From Nitrospirota bacterium (GTDB taxonomy: Bacteria > Nitrospirota > Thermodesulfovibrionia > UBA6902), in contig JBFLVX010000001.1 in NCBI GenBank assembly GCA_040758255.1, forward strand, positions 132-64,131: DNA of 64,000 nt. The letters run 5' to 3'. Made by a program: the position numbers and the translations under genes. Each line of letters starts with the position of its first letter. The first letter of the stretch is position 1. Under the pieces are notes generated by a model. The model had not been told where the DNA came from, did not search any database, and worked only from the letters and a program-made list of their open reading frames with translations. Positions 37,301 through 44,881 of this stretch are shown piece after piece.

Positions 37301-39788
37301 CCTGAGAAAAGAAGAGCATGCCCCTTAGAAGATTCTCTGCCAGGAACTCTTCGCCGATCTTTTCAAGTATATCTGCACGCGCAAACTGCGCCCTGTCTTT
37401 CTCTCTTCCGTCAGAGCCATGCATTATGTTTGTCCATAGCTGAAGCGCGTCAACCAACTCGCCATTCTTTTCAGCCGTTTCCGCATTGGTAATAAGTCCG
37501 GCGATATCTGTCTGAGAAAGGATTGAACTCTTGGCCTCAGGTTTTATTGGAGGAGCTATTCCTGCAATCACTGTCTTCTCCATGTAATTTAGAAAACGGG
37601 TCAGAGTCAGGAGGTGATTGGAGAGCTCTATTTCAGATATCGCCTCTTTCTCAAGAAGGGGCAGCGGTAAAATTATCTTCTGGCCTGTGTAAATCCTGTC
37701 TATATCTTTAACTTCAGGATTAAATTCCTTGAAGATGCCAATATACTTCTTCATGATAATATCTTCCGGCAGCCTTAATTCTCTCTTTAGAATATTAATC
37801 AGCACCTCGTCTTTTTTAACAACGTATATATGCTGAGCATATCCTTCGGATCGCAGCGTCTCATGCAAGGATGCGGACGGTCCGTGAAGCAGGGATGCCT
37901 CAGAGACGCTGGCTAAAGATTTGATAAGGAGATTATAAGGATCATTCACCTTCTTTAAGAAGTCCAGGAACTCGGTTTCTGACAATTGATACGGCCTTGA
38001 AGAGCGGTACTGAAGCGCTGCTACGCTGCCGGCAAGAGAATTCGATGACCATAATTTAACCTCCTTGACATCCTGTGGAAGAGGTATCTCGGCGAACGCA
38101 GCCTTTATCAATCGGCCGACAGGCTCTCTTGCGCTGAAGGCTCCGCTCAGGGTTGTATCGGTCAAAGAAAGGACATCTCTCGCTTTAATTATCTTAAGCG
38201 CATTCTCTGCTGTATTTGCCATATACCGGCTTTTCGTGAGGCCTTCCTCTTTTGTGATGAGCATCTTAACAGGCTGCATATCATCAAGCTGTACAATAAT
38301 CTCCTGCCCGTCAATCGTTGTCTCCGCATCAACGATCACCCTGAGAAACGAAGGAGCAAACCGTTGAGGAAGGCTGTATCTTTGAATAAGCGGCTCGCTT
38401 TCAGTCCCTGAAGGAATAGGGATAAAAAGAGAGCGTGAAAGAGTCTTCAGCCCGTCATCAAGGTGCTGCTTTAAAACGAGCGCCTCATCAGGCTGCTGCG
38501 GCTCATTTAGCGCAGGAGTCATAAACCAGCAAAACTCCTGCGGCTCCCTGCTTAATTTATTTGAAGGCATGAGGTCGCGGTAAAATGTATGAGAAAGAAA
38601 TATCTCCTCCGCCTCTTTCTTCACCTCAGGATGATCAGGACGCTCAATGCCTTTCTGATCCATAAGCATGACAGCGGCAATGCCGCCCTCGCGCCTGCTG
38701 TTGTCCCGCCAGAGAAGTGCCGCGCTCTTTTTTGAGAGCGGCTCTTGCGCTCTCGCGGCATCCTGAAGCTCTTCATCGTTTATATCCCATGCAGATTTTC
38801 TAAGCATAGAGGGGGAACCTTCTTCCCTTGCCTCTTTTGCCGATACATCGGGCTCGTTTGCTCCTGCAAAGAGGTAATCAGGCGACTCCTGTTTTAAGAG
38901 CCTGATATACAGCGGTGCAGTTGTCTCCATCTCAAATGTATGCTCGCCCTCCGGTATCTCTATGTAAGCTGTCTCCTCACGACCGACCGCCTCGGGAAAT
39001 CCGTTCACAAAAGTTGTTGCGATCTCAGGCTTTGTCTCAAATTCAAGGGTCTGGAACGGGCGGTCATCAATCTTTAGATAGATATTGTATGACTGCGCCC
39101 TCCTGCTCTCGGGAGAGGGATAAGCGATGCGGCTTTCAATCGCCACCCTCTGAGCCTCTTTTGTGCTGAATGATACAGGCTCATGGGGTTTGATAAGCTT
39201 AAAGTTCTTCTCAACAGATCTTCCGCTGCGGTGAATGCGGGCGAACTTTCCGGGCAGGCTTATCATCCTGCGGTATGGGGCTATCTCATCCTGCGTCTCA
39301 TGGCGCGAGATAAAAAAGGCTATTTTTATGCCCTCGTCTTTATCAGGCTTACGGCTTACGCGCACGAGCGAAGGCTCCCTGTTTAAAGGAGAGAATATTA
39401 TTGATTTTAAGTCCGCAGAGAATTGATAAGGCAGAAATGAATAGGCTCCGGAGCCGTTTGAGACTGCAAGTTCAATGTCGTCAATAGAGAATTCGCATTC
39501 AGGATTATAAATACGCGCTGTCTCGCCGGAAGGAACCCTGAAGGTTACAAACTCTCCGGGCTTAAGCTCAGCCATATGAAGACCAGCATCGTAATTATAA
39601 GAAAGCTTCTTGCCGCTTACCCATTGCGGCGGCCCCTCTATATTATCCCAGCGCAAAGGCAGGTCATACTGCTTAAGAAGCCTTAACTGAAGATCGTCAA
39701 GCTTGGCGATGCTCCCTAAGGGAACCAGTATCAGGCAAAGAATCGTTAAGCAGAAAATCGCGGATTTCAGTTTTCCGTGTCTATTCAA
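34362..39788 (-). CDS. giant (1808 aa) secreted protein with signal peptide, LysM-like segment, TPR-like helical repeats and a beta-strand-rich C-terminal region ending in Tyr (possible outer-membrane export scaffold)
   Basis: Signal MNRHGKLKSAIFCLTILCLILVPLGSIA; LysM-like YVVKKDEVLINILKRELRLPEDIIMKKYIGIFKEFNPEVKDIDRIYTGQKIILPL; alternating-hydrophobic C-terminal 400 aa; 20-nt overlap with the PgsB-like gene downstream. Confidence 0.55.
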   Translation of the reverse strand: MNRHGKLKSAIFCLTILCLILVPLGSIAKLDDLQLRLLKQYDLPLRWDNIEGPPQWVSGKKLSYNYDAGLHMAELKPGEFVTFRVPSGETARIYNPECEFSIDDIELAVSNGSGAYSFLPYQFSADLKSIIFSPLNREPSLVRVSRKPDKDEGIKIAFFISRHETQDEIAPYRRMISLPGKFARIHRSGRSVEKNFKLIKPHEPVSFSTKEAQRVAIESRIAYPSPESRRAQSYNIYLKIDDRPFQTLEFETKPEIATTFVNGFPEAVGREETAYIEIPEGEHTFEMETTAPLYIRLLKQESPDYLFAGANEPDVSAKEAREEGSPSMLRKSAWDINDEELQDAARAQEPLSKKSAALLWRDNSRREGGIAAVMLMDQKGIERPDHPEVKKEAEEIFLSHTFYRDLMPSNKLSREPQEFCWFMTPALNEPQQPDEALVLKQHLDDGLKTLSRSLFIPIPSGTESEPLIQRYSLPQRFAPSFLRVIVDAETTIDGQEIIVQLDDMQPVKMLITKEEGLTKSRYMANTAENALKIIKARDVLSLTDTTLSGAFSAREPVGRLIKAAFAEIPLPQDVKEVKLWSSNSLAGSVAALQYRSSRPYQLSETEFLDFLKKVNDPYNLLIKSLASVSEASLLHGPSASLHETLRSEGYAQHIYVVKKDEVLINILKRELRLPEDIIMKKYIGIFKEFNPEVKDIDRIYTGQKIILPLPLLEKEAISEIELSNHLLTLTRFLNYMEKTVIAGIAPPIKPEAKSSILSQTDIAGLITNAETAEKNGELVDALQLWTNIMHGSDGREKDRAQFARADILEKIGEEFLAENLLRGMLFFSQEEQTREEALIKLTDFYRKRSDSEGLLSLFAAAAIRQPDYKKFVALSELLTENSEYEMALALGLLLPEPEQPLQAMIKSAHKAGWWKVFETLVEKIKETEEGHYWRGLKLEKDGDYTNAIYHLRRAGAKGMERASAIEKAVSIRSDLTGNSSDLTEWERWQAQHPQPFIWEEAPYIVTDYAGAANLYNKERDMYSRAFISQKDRPVKLTLMGPVSIRIEARPLHTDKSAEPLDGWLEIRGQGSLKVLPISNNVPSQNLVISGSEGMTPGIKAVAEYNVGAGLHHIEVSGGDMPLLIQTYIKSPEIRIGVLPPITPDTLAALTNGKIVGESECPVNEADATPALIDNDPANEVLKQMITLLWIAEKRPEQRSHALAKAEELSLKHPYAHGTRPLLNRIFRGTTLMPYRNIQSSAGVRMIEEKGWDPFSPGLRIRKALLSPVSPDEHVLYGYDSEIIYMKNLQSKEIQVTATIEDVGYLPLLPMTGYFQLDSERVDNINLAEGRQKTVLLMKIPAGEHFLRIGIKEPVPNQFLRMHIAEVKKGKEISVWDRPVELQYYIATEEEPVVMEIEGPSVLQIEELSNGKIYEGYRKIEEGWQTVKIPARDGQKETLYRFYRRGVKDEPVTPVRKYIAESEPKPEPLISPASPKVSAYLKLKDDYPLGGQEDGTWTLSGEFVERRNLQEDSNFQDGLEEFIELKATYRSFDDLRRTLFRTDMLGRIREFGGPTLGLKGSLDWRPINSSLDFQFGGSLYLQYPDKFLSGQREWSVLLNAKAAKRIELGTKTFHVPSLAVFQRYLSMESYGSYIPEKVDQDIFTPYKFGHKRGLILTDTLNYRPWLDTNLYLGASVVSNEDMDIFNPDNISLRAGWRQLIGAFQVNAEYRRNHYLSDDDRNNSSDRERVELEVLWEKWSKSERRLELGLDLIHELDTGVNSGMIFLRWHMGNGRGLRDFNYGEIDFLDIRERRVPSERNNTIEDAEERY

Positions 39789-40277
39789 TTAAATTATTCC
39801 TCTAAGATAGAATTGCCTCGCCGACTCTTTTTCTACACTCATCAGCAACCGGTAATGGGTCCAAGAGAGTTCCGGTCTTATGATTGGCAATTCGTCACGC
39901 AGCGCGTGACCTTTTCGCCGGGGCAAAGATTCATCACGCACTGCGTGATGAATTACAGACGAAGATTGTGAACGCAACGAGTTCAGATTTTCAAAAGAAA
40001 AATAGAATAGACGCATATAACGCAGGTTAGTCTGCGTGAAGCCCCTGCCGAATTCTGCCGTTAGCCTTCCAGAAAGCTCAGAGATAAGTTCATCTCCATA
40101 TCCTGCCTTTGCTCTGCCTTGCTGCTCCTCCTCTACAATTACCCTGCCAATATGCCAGTAAGCCTGTACCATTGCAGTATTGATATTCCTGGCAACGGCG
40201 CTTCTCGCCTCATGCAGGAGAGACTTTATATTCTCAAATAACTTTTTGTGCGGCTGATTTTTAACTATCTTGTTCAT
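39789..40277 (-). pseudogene. truncated N-terminal fragment of a DUF1016 (YhcG-like PD-(D/E)xK nuclease) gene
   Basis: YWHIGRVIVEEEQ, GYGDELISELSGRLTAEFGRGFTQTNLRYMRLFY and ELSWTHYRLLMSVEKESARQFY match the conserved N-terminal half of DUF1016. The frame stops where the nuclease core would begin, directly abutting the 1808-aa gene start. Confidence 0.55.
39894..39952. promoter_or_regulatory. pair of related palindromes TCACGC-N3-GCGTGA, 20 bp apart, about 100 bp upstream of the giant-gene start (operator-like)
   Basis: Seen directly: gtcacgc-agc-gcgtgac at 39894-39910, and a perfect 23-bp palindrome ttcatcacgca-c-tgcgtgatgaa at 39930-39952. Confidence 0.35.
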
Positions 40278-40583
40278 TGTCTAAAATCCTTGCCTATGAT
40301 AGTTTTATGGTTTCTTACTCTTCAGTCTTTTATTCACGGCCTTCCTGTCCCCGCTTCCCAGACACATTATACATTGTACATTGATTTATGCAATTTTTGA
40401 CTGAAAAATGCGCTGATATTTGATATGTTTTAAACATGGTTCAGGAGATCCGGAAGTTCATAACCACAAAATGCCAAGCTTTGCTCTTGTTTATTGCATT
40501 AATATGATAATATTCATATCATACATCAAGGAAATGTCCAATGGACATAATAATTGTTATACGAATAAAAAGAGAGATAACTA

Positions 40584-41396
40584 ATGATTCAACACCACTT
40601 CGAGGCAATTGAGAAAGCAATTATACAACTGGCCAAAATTCAAGATATAGCTGGTCATTCTATTCATAAAGGAACACCAAGGGAACTATTCATAAGAAAT
40701 TTTTTAGAAAAGCATTTGGGAAAAACAGTCAGCTTTGGAACGGGTGAAATAATTGATGCTGATTCGAAGCCAAGGAAATCAAGAAATCAGCACGATATCG
40801 TTATTTACAGAAATGAATTTCCGAAACTCGATTTTCAAGGTGGAATATCTGCATTTCTTGCAGAATCTGTTCTGGCGACCATAGAAGTGAAGTCGAATTT
40901 GGATTATAAAGAATTTAAAAAATCATTCAAATCAGCATTGAAGTGTAAAAAATTAAAAAGAAACTATTTTAGCGGTCCAACATTCTGGTATTTCCCCCCG
41001 AAAATATTGAATTATATCGTCACGTATGATGGCCCGGCAAAAATGAAAACAATATATGATTGGATTAAAAAAATAGAAGGGGAATTGCAATTTAGTTACC
41101 CAACGTTGCCTCCAACTCAGGAAGAGCGCAGAAACATTCCATCCCCTGGACTTGATGGTGTGTTCGTTATGGGCAAAGGGTTTATCCATTTTGATAATTT
41201 CATGATAGATGGCATAGATCCAAAAATAAGAAAAGAAAACCAATGGATGAGATGGGCGTTTGTTGATGCAAAAATTGGAAGTCTGCTCATGTTGTTTCTA
41301 AATCTTGCTCAACAAATTTGTATTCCTCAGCAAAAATCTATTCAATTAATTCCATATATGAAAAGAATAAATGGTAAGCTTCAATGGGGAAATTGA
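40584..41396 (+). CDS. hypothetical protein with a PD-(D/E)xK-like nuclease core motif (D ... E-V-K), encoded in a low-GC insertion
   Basis: QHDIVIY (candidate acidic D) followed about 35 aa later by AESVLATIEVKSN (ExK); no other recognisable domain; strongly AT-rich; 6-bp-arm palindrome ATGTCCAATGGACAT at 40534-40548 just upstream. Confidence 0.4.
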   Translation: MIQHHFEAIEKAIIQLAKIQDIAGHSIHKGTPRELFIRNFLEKHLGKTVSFGTGEIIDADSKPRKSRNQHDIVIYRNEFPKLDFQGGISAFLAESVLATIEVKSNLDYKEFKKSFKSALKCKKLKRNYFSGPTFWYFPPKILNYIVTYDGPAKMKTIYDWIKKIEGELQFSYPTLPPTQEERRNIPSPGLDGVFVMGKGFIHFDNFMIDGIDPKIRKENQWMRWAFVDAKIGSLLMLFLNLAQQICIPQQKSIQLIPYMKRINGKLQWGN

Positions 41397-41419
41397 AAAA
41401 ATCGTATAACAAGTCATTG

Positions 41420-41526
41420 CAGTGAACGAGTACCACAGGACACTTTTACAGATGAGCGATGACTTTAGATTTACAAACCATCTTTTTTGCTTTTTAACGT
41501 CATACAGTGGTACTCGTCACTGAATT
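41420..41526. repeat. about 17-bp imperfect inverted repeat (cagtgaacgagtaccac / gtggtactcgtcactg) separated by 69 bp, between convergent genes at the edge of the low-GC insertion
   Basis: Seen directly; the intervening sequence contains a T-run (catcttttttgcttttt). Confidence 0.35.
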
Positions 41527-41544
41527 CTACGTTGCAACCGTTAA

Positions 41545-42435
41545 TTAATTCTCCGCGCCCTCTATACATCCCCGAAAACTTGTCCTGACCTTTTTATCAT
41601 CCTTTAAGATCATCCTCATCGGCTTGCTCAATTCAATATGAATAAAGCCGTAATATCCCATCTTCCGCAAAGCAATGCCTGTTGTATTGGTGCTGCCTCC
41701 AAGTTCCTTTATCTCAATGGGATAAAGGCTTGACATGCCTGAGACATTATTTCCAAGACACTTGTCTATCTGCTCTGCCAGACTGCCCGGAATTTTACTG
41801 CCGGAGCTTACAATTATATCCGTCTCCAAGCCTCTTTTACTTCTGCGCTCCTCCTTTACAAAACCGTGCAGTTGAATTATATTCCCCAACGGATAAGCAT
41901 GCGCAAAGGCGCGGGCATAGGCAGTGAAATAACTCTCCTTCAAATGCGCAAGGTCGGAATTTCCAACCTTGTCGTCATCGTCAGAATTACGCGAAACAGT
42001 ATTCCATGCGGCAGACACAATCTTGCCTTCAAGCAAAAGATCGAGCGTTATCTCTCCTGTGTAAAGGTCATCAACGCTGTGAGGTGACTGGATCGCTAAC
42101 TTTTTATAATTCGAGAGTCTGAATATGTAAAAACCACGTCCTCTCTTCTTCCCCTCTTTCTCCTGAACGAGTATGAACTCCTCTCCTCCGTCTTTAATCC
42201 TGACAACCTTAAAATTGAGCTTATCCCATTCTCTTTGCACATCATCCGTAAGCCTGCCCTTGAAAAGGTATCCAAAGAGTTCCTCGGCTTTTCTAAGCTC
42301 CGTTGCTGAGGGTTGATTATAAGAGCCGCCTCTGCTCTCATTCAGGAAACGCTCTATTGCAGTTTCCGCATGAAGGGCAGAAGCATTCAGAAATATAAAG
42401 AGGAGGACCAGAAGCCTAATAAATAATGGTGTCAT
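41545..42435 (-). CDS. secreted hypothetical protein; tentative resemblance to the gamma-PGA hydrolase (PghP/PF05908-like) zinc-peptidase fold
   Basis: Signal peptide MTPLFIRLLVLLFIFLNASALHA; RGFYIFRLSNYKKLAIQSPHSVDDLYTGEI resembles the PghP N-terminal DYRI...APHGGGIEPGTSE segment; QLHGF resembles ISIHG; from memory only. Confidence 0.45.
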   Translation of the reverse strand: MTPLFIRLLVLLFIFLNASALHAETAIERFLNESRGGSYNQPSATELRKAEELFGYLFKGRLTDDVQREWDKLNFKVVRIKDGGEEFILVQEKEGKKRGRGFYIFRLSNYKKLAIQSPHSVDDLYTGEITLDLLLEGKIVSAAWNTVSRNSDDDDKVGNSDLAHLKESYFTAYARAFAHAYPLGNIIQLHGFVKEERRSKRGLETDIIVSSGSKIPGSLAEQIDKCLGNNVSGMSSLYPIEIKELGGSTNTTGIALRKMGYYGFIHIELSKPMRMILKDDKKVRTSFRGCIEGAEN

Positions 42436-44881
42436 CAGTCAATCCTCTCTCTTTGTAAAATTTTCTCTCTTCAAAAAGCCCCGGCAAGACCCTGCTCATG
42501 GAGAGATAGCCTCCTGTCCCGGACTCAAGGGCAAACCGGATGTGATAATCTCCGGGAGGCAGGTCGCTTCCGAGCCGGACAAAGAACAACTGTCCGCTTT
42601 CAAGGTAATCATTGTATGTATTGAGCACCGCCGACTGTTCCCTGATATCCGGCTTTATGCTGAACCTCTGCCTTGAGAAGGTCCAGCTCTCAAAAGGCTC
42701 AAGCAGTACAGCCCCAGCCGTATCAACGCTTGTCAGGATAGTATTTCTCTCCATATTCTTTGAAGGGCTGTAGAAGCGCACGGACAGGAGTTCATCTGAA
42801 GAGGTCTGCTTCTTATATATAAAGTCCAGCCCTTTCTTATCAAACCTGTTTACGAACCTCTTGAGAAAGACACGCTCGCCTCCCTCGATATTATTAAGAT
42901 AAAATTCCGCCTTCCCCGGGGATTCTACTCTTATATCATGCCTGCCGAATTTTACCGGGGGCAGTTGGATCTCTCCCCTTAAACCGGCTATACGGGTCTC
43001 ATAATACAGTTTGTTATCAAGAAAAAATTTCACGGAGACCGGCTCGGACGACTTTCGTATGTAAATAAGCGTTGGAGATATTTTGGCAAGACCGGCTATA
43101 TGGACAAAGTCCACGGATATATTATGATTGAGAGAGAGGAGCGAATAATAGCCCTCTCTATTTCTTCTGCCGGAATCCGGCGCTGCTTCCGTTGCTGTTA
43201 ATATGTAGCGGGACGGCCTTTTGCCTTCAGGATGAAAATCCTCCCATAGGTACCGGCCTGCCGCAAGGTCTTCGCTATCCTCAGCAGGGCGCGGCTGAGC
43301 GGCTATAAGCAGCGAGCGTCCGCCTGATGCCAGTCCTTTGTAATTTGCAGGACGCACGGCAAACCATCCCGGCTGCTTCTCTTCCTGAGCGGCTGAGGCA
43401 TAGTAGTCTTCAGGCACTCTCACTTCCCTGGTCATGCCATCGGGCCTTGTATAAGCCGCTATCATAATCTCTGAGCCGGATGAAAAGCGTATGGAGTCTA
43501 TGTTGTGAGAGATATAAAAATGGCTGACGGCAGGCTCGGAAATATCCATACCGCCGGGATTACCGGCCATCCAGTCGTAAAGAGAGAGCGTTTCTGGTAA
43601 TGGGATTGAACCTGATCTCACAATGCCGCCGTCTTTATTTATAAGCTGGTAATCCGCATATCTTAAATTCTCCGGTGTCCCGCCTTCCTGCTTTGGAATC
43701 TGATAACGAAATACAGCCCTGAGCGGAGTCGGCCTGTCGCCTGTATGGTGAATCTTGAACTCTACAGGCTGCCCTTCCCTCATTATAAATGACCTCGTAT
43801 AAATGGGAACCGGCGTGATCTCAATCTCTTCATCGCCGTTTATAAGAAAGGCTCTTACCGTTATATTATCTGAAGGGCTGACCTCTATCATCCCGCCTTT
43901 GAAAAGCTCTTCAAAACTCGCATTGCCGTCCTCCCATGAGACCGTATAATCCATACGCATGCCTATGCCCCTGCCGTACCATCTAAGGTTTATATCCTGC
44001 GGGCTCCTGCCTGACATGTTGAGAAATTCAAGCCGTATCTTACCCCCTTCTTCAGGGACCGGGATAATGCCCCGATGCCCTTCCTTTATGTACAATCCTA
44101 CGGGTTGGAGATCGAAGTCTGCCGCTTCGCCCTCAGACTCCTGCAATACATAGAGCTTCCTGCTCTGATAATCTTTGCCGTCAGCGCCTAACGGGCCGAG
44201 GGGTATCCATGTCCTCTGTATGAGGTTCCGTTTCTCCTCGTCAGCCAGTAATTCATGCGGGTAGACATTACCTTTGGTAAGCCTCGTCTTCTGTTTGTCG
44301 CTTAAGCGTCTCCATAGAAAGCCAGGCTGTTCTTTTTCATGTTCAAGGTAAATATAGAGCCTCAGCCCGACATCAGATACAGATTCGTCCTTAGAGAGAA
44401 GGCGGAACCTTATGAATTTCCCCTTCTCCATACCTGAGAAATCAATCCTCATGCTTCGTGAATCAAACGGCTCAAGGTCAGAGTCTATATAAAAAGAGTT
44501 TGTAAAAATATCCCCTTCCTCATCTTTGAAGGTTGTCATTTTGGCGCGGTGATGATAAATACGGTCTGAGAGTATATTCTCATTTCTGTCTAACACCTGA
44601 AACTGATACGCATAATGCCTCTCATCGTCCGGCTTTGCGTCATAAGAAGAGGGCATATTCGCATTTGTGACCACCCTTGCCTGACTCCCTATCAGCGGGA
44701 TCGGAAAGGAGGTCCACTTCTTGTCATCAAGAATGTAGGAGATGCTGACTATGGCGCGGTCCATCCTCTTCTGGTACAGCCTGTCTTTGGTCGTAAGCGC
44801 CTGGAACAGGGGTATGCCGAACTTGAAAACAATAAAGCCTGCAAGCAGGGTTATAATTGTCCCTTTAATTATGTATCTCAA
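42416..44881 (-). CDS. large (821 aa) N-terminally membrane-anchored hypothetical protein, co-transcribed with the PgsC-like fusion
   Basis: Single N-terminal TM (IITLLAGFIVFKFGIPLF), no recognised motif; 17-bp and 20-bp overlaps with neighbouring genes indicate an operon. Confidence 0.5.
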   Translation of the reverse strand: MRYIIKGTIITLLAGFIVFKFGIPLFQALTTKDRLYQKRMDRAIVSISYILDDKKWTSFPIPLIGSQARVVTNANMPSSYDAKPDDERHYAYQFQVLDRNENILSDRIYHHRAKMTTFKDEEGDIFTNSFYIDSDLEPFDSRSMRIDFSGMEKGKFIRFRLLSKDESVSDVGLRLYIYLEHEKEQPGFLWRRLSDKQKTRLTKGNVYPHELLADEEKRNLIQRTWIPLGPLGADGKDYQSRKLYVLQESEGEAADFDLQPVGLYIKEGHRGIIPVPEEGGKIRLEFLNMSGRSPQDINLRWYGRGIGMRMDYTVSWEDGNASFEELFKGGMIEVSPSDNITVRAFLINGDEEIEITPVPIYTRSFIMREGQPVEFKIHHTGDRPTPLRAVFRYQIPKQEGGTPENLRYADYQLINKDGGIVRSGSIPLPETLSLYDWMAGNPGGMDISEPAVSHFYISHNIDSIRFSSGSEIMIAAYTRPDGMTREVRVPEDYYASAAQEEKQPGWFAVRPANYKGLASGGRSLLIAAQPRPAEDSEDLAAGRYLWEDFHPEGKRPSRYILTATEAAPDSGRRNREGYYSLLSLNHNISVDFVHIAGLAKISPTLIYIRKSSEPVSVKFFLDNKLYYETRIAGLRGEIQLPPVKFGRHDIRVESPGKAEFYLNNIEGGERVFLKRFVNRFDKKGLDFIYKKQTSSDELLSVRFYSPSKNMERNTILTSVDTAGAVLLEPFESWTFSRQRFSIKPDIREQSAVLNTYNDYLESGQLFFVRLGSDLPPGDYHIRFALESGTGGYLSMSRVLPGLFEERKFYKERGLTDDTIIY

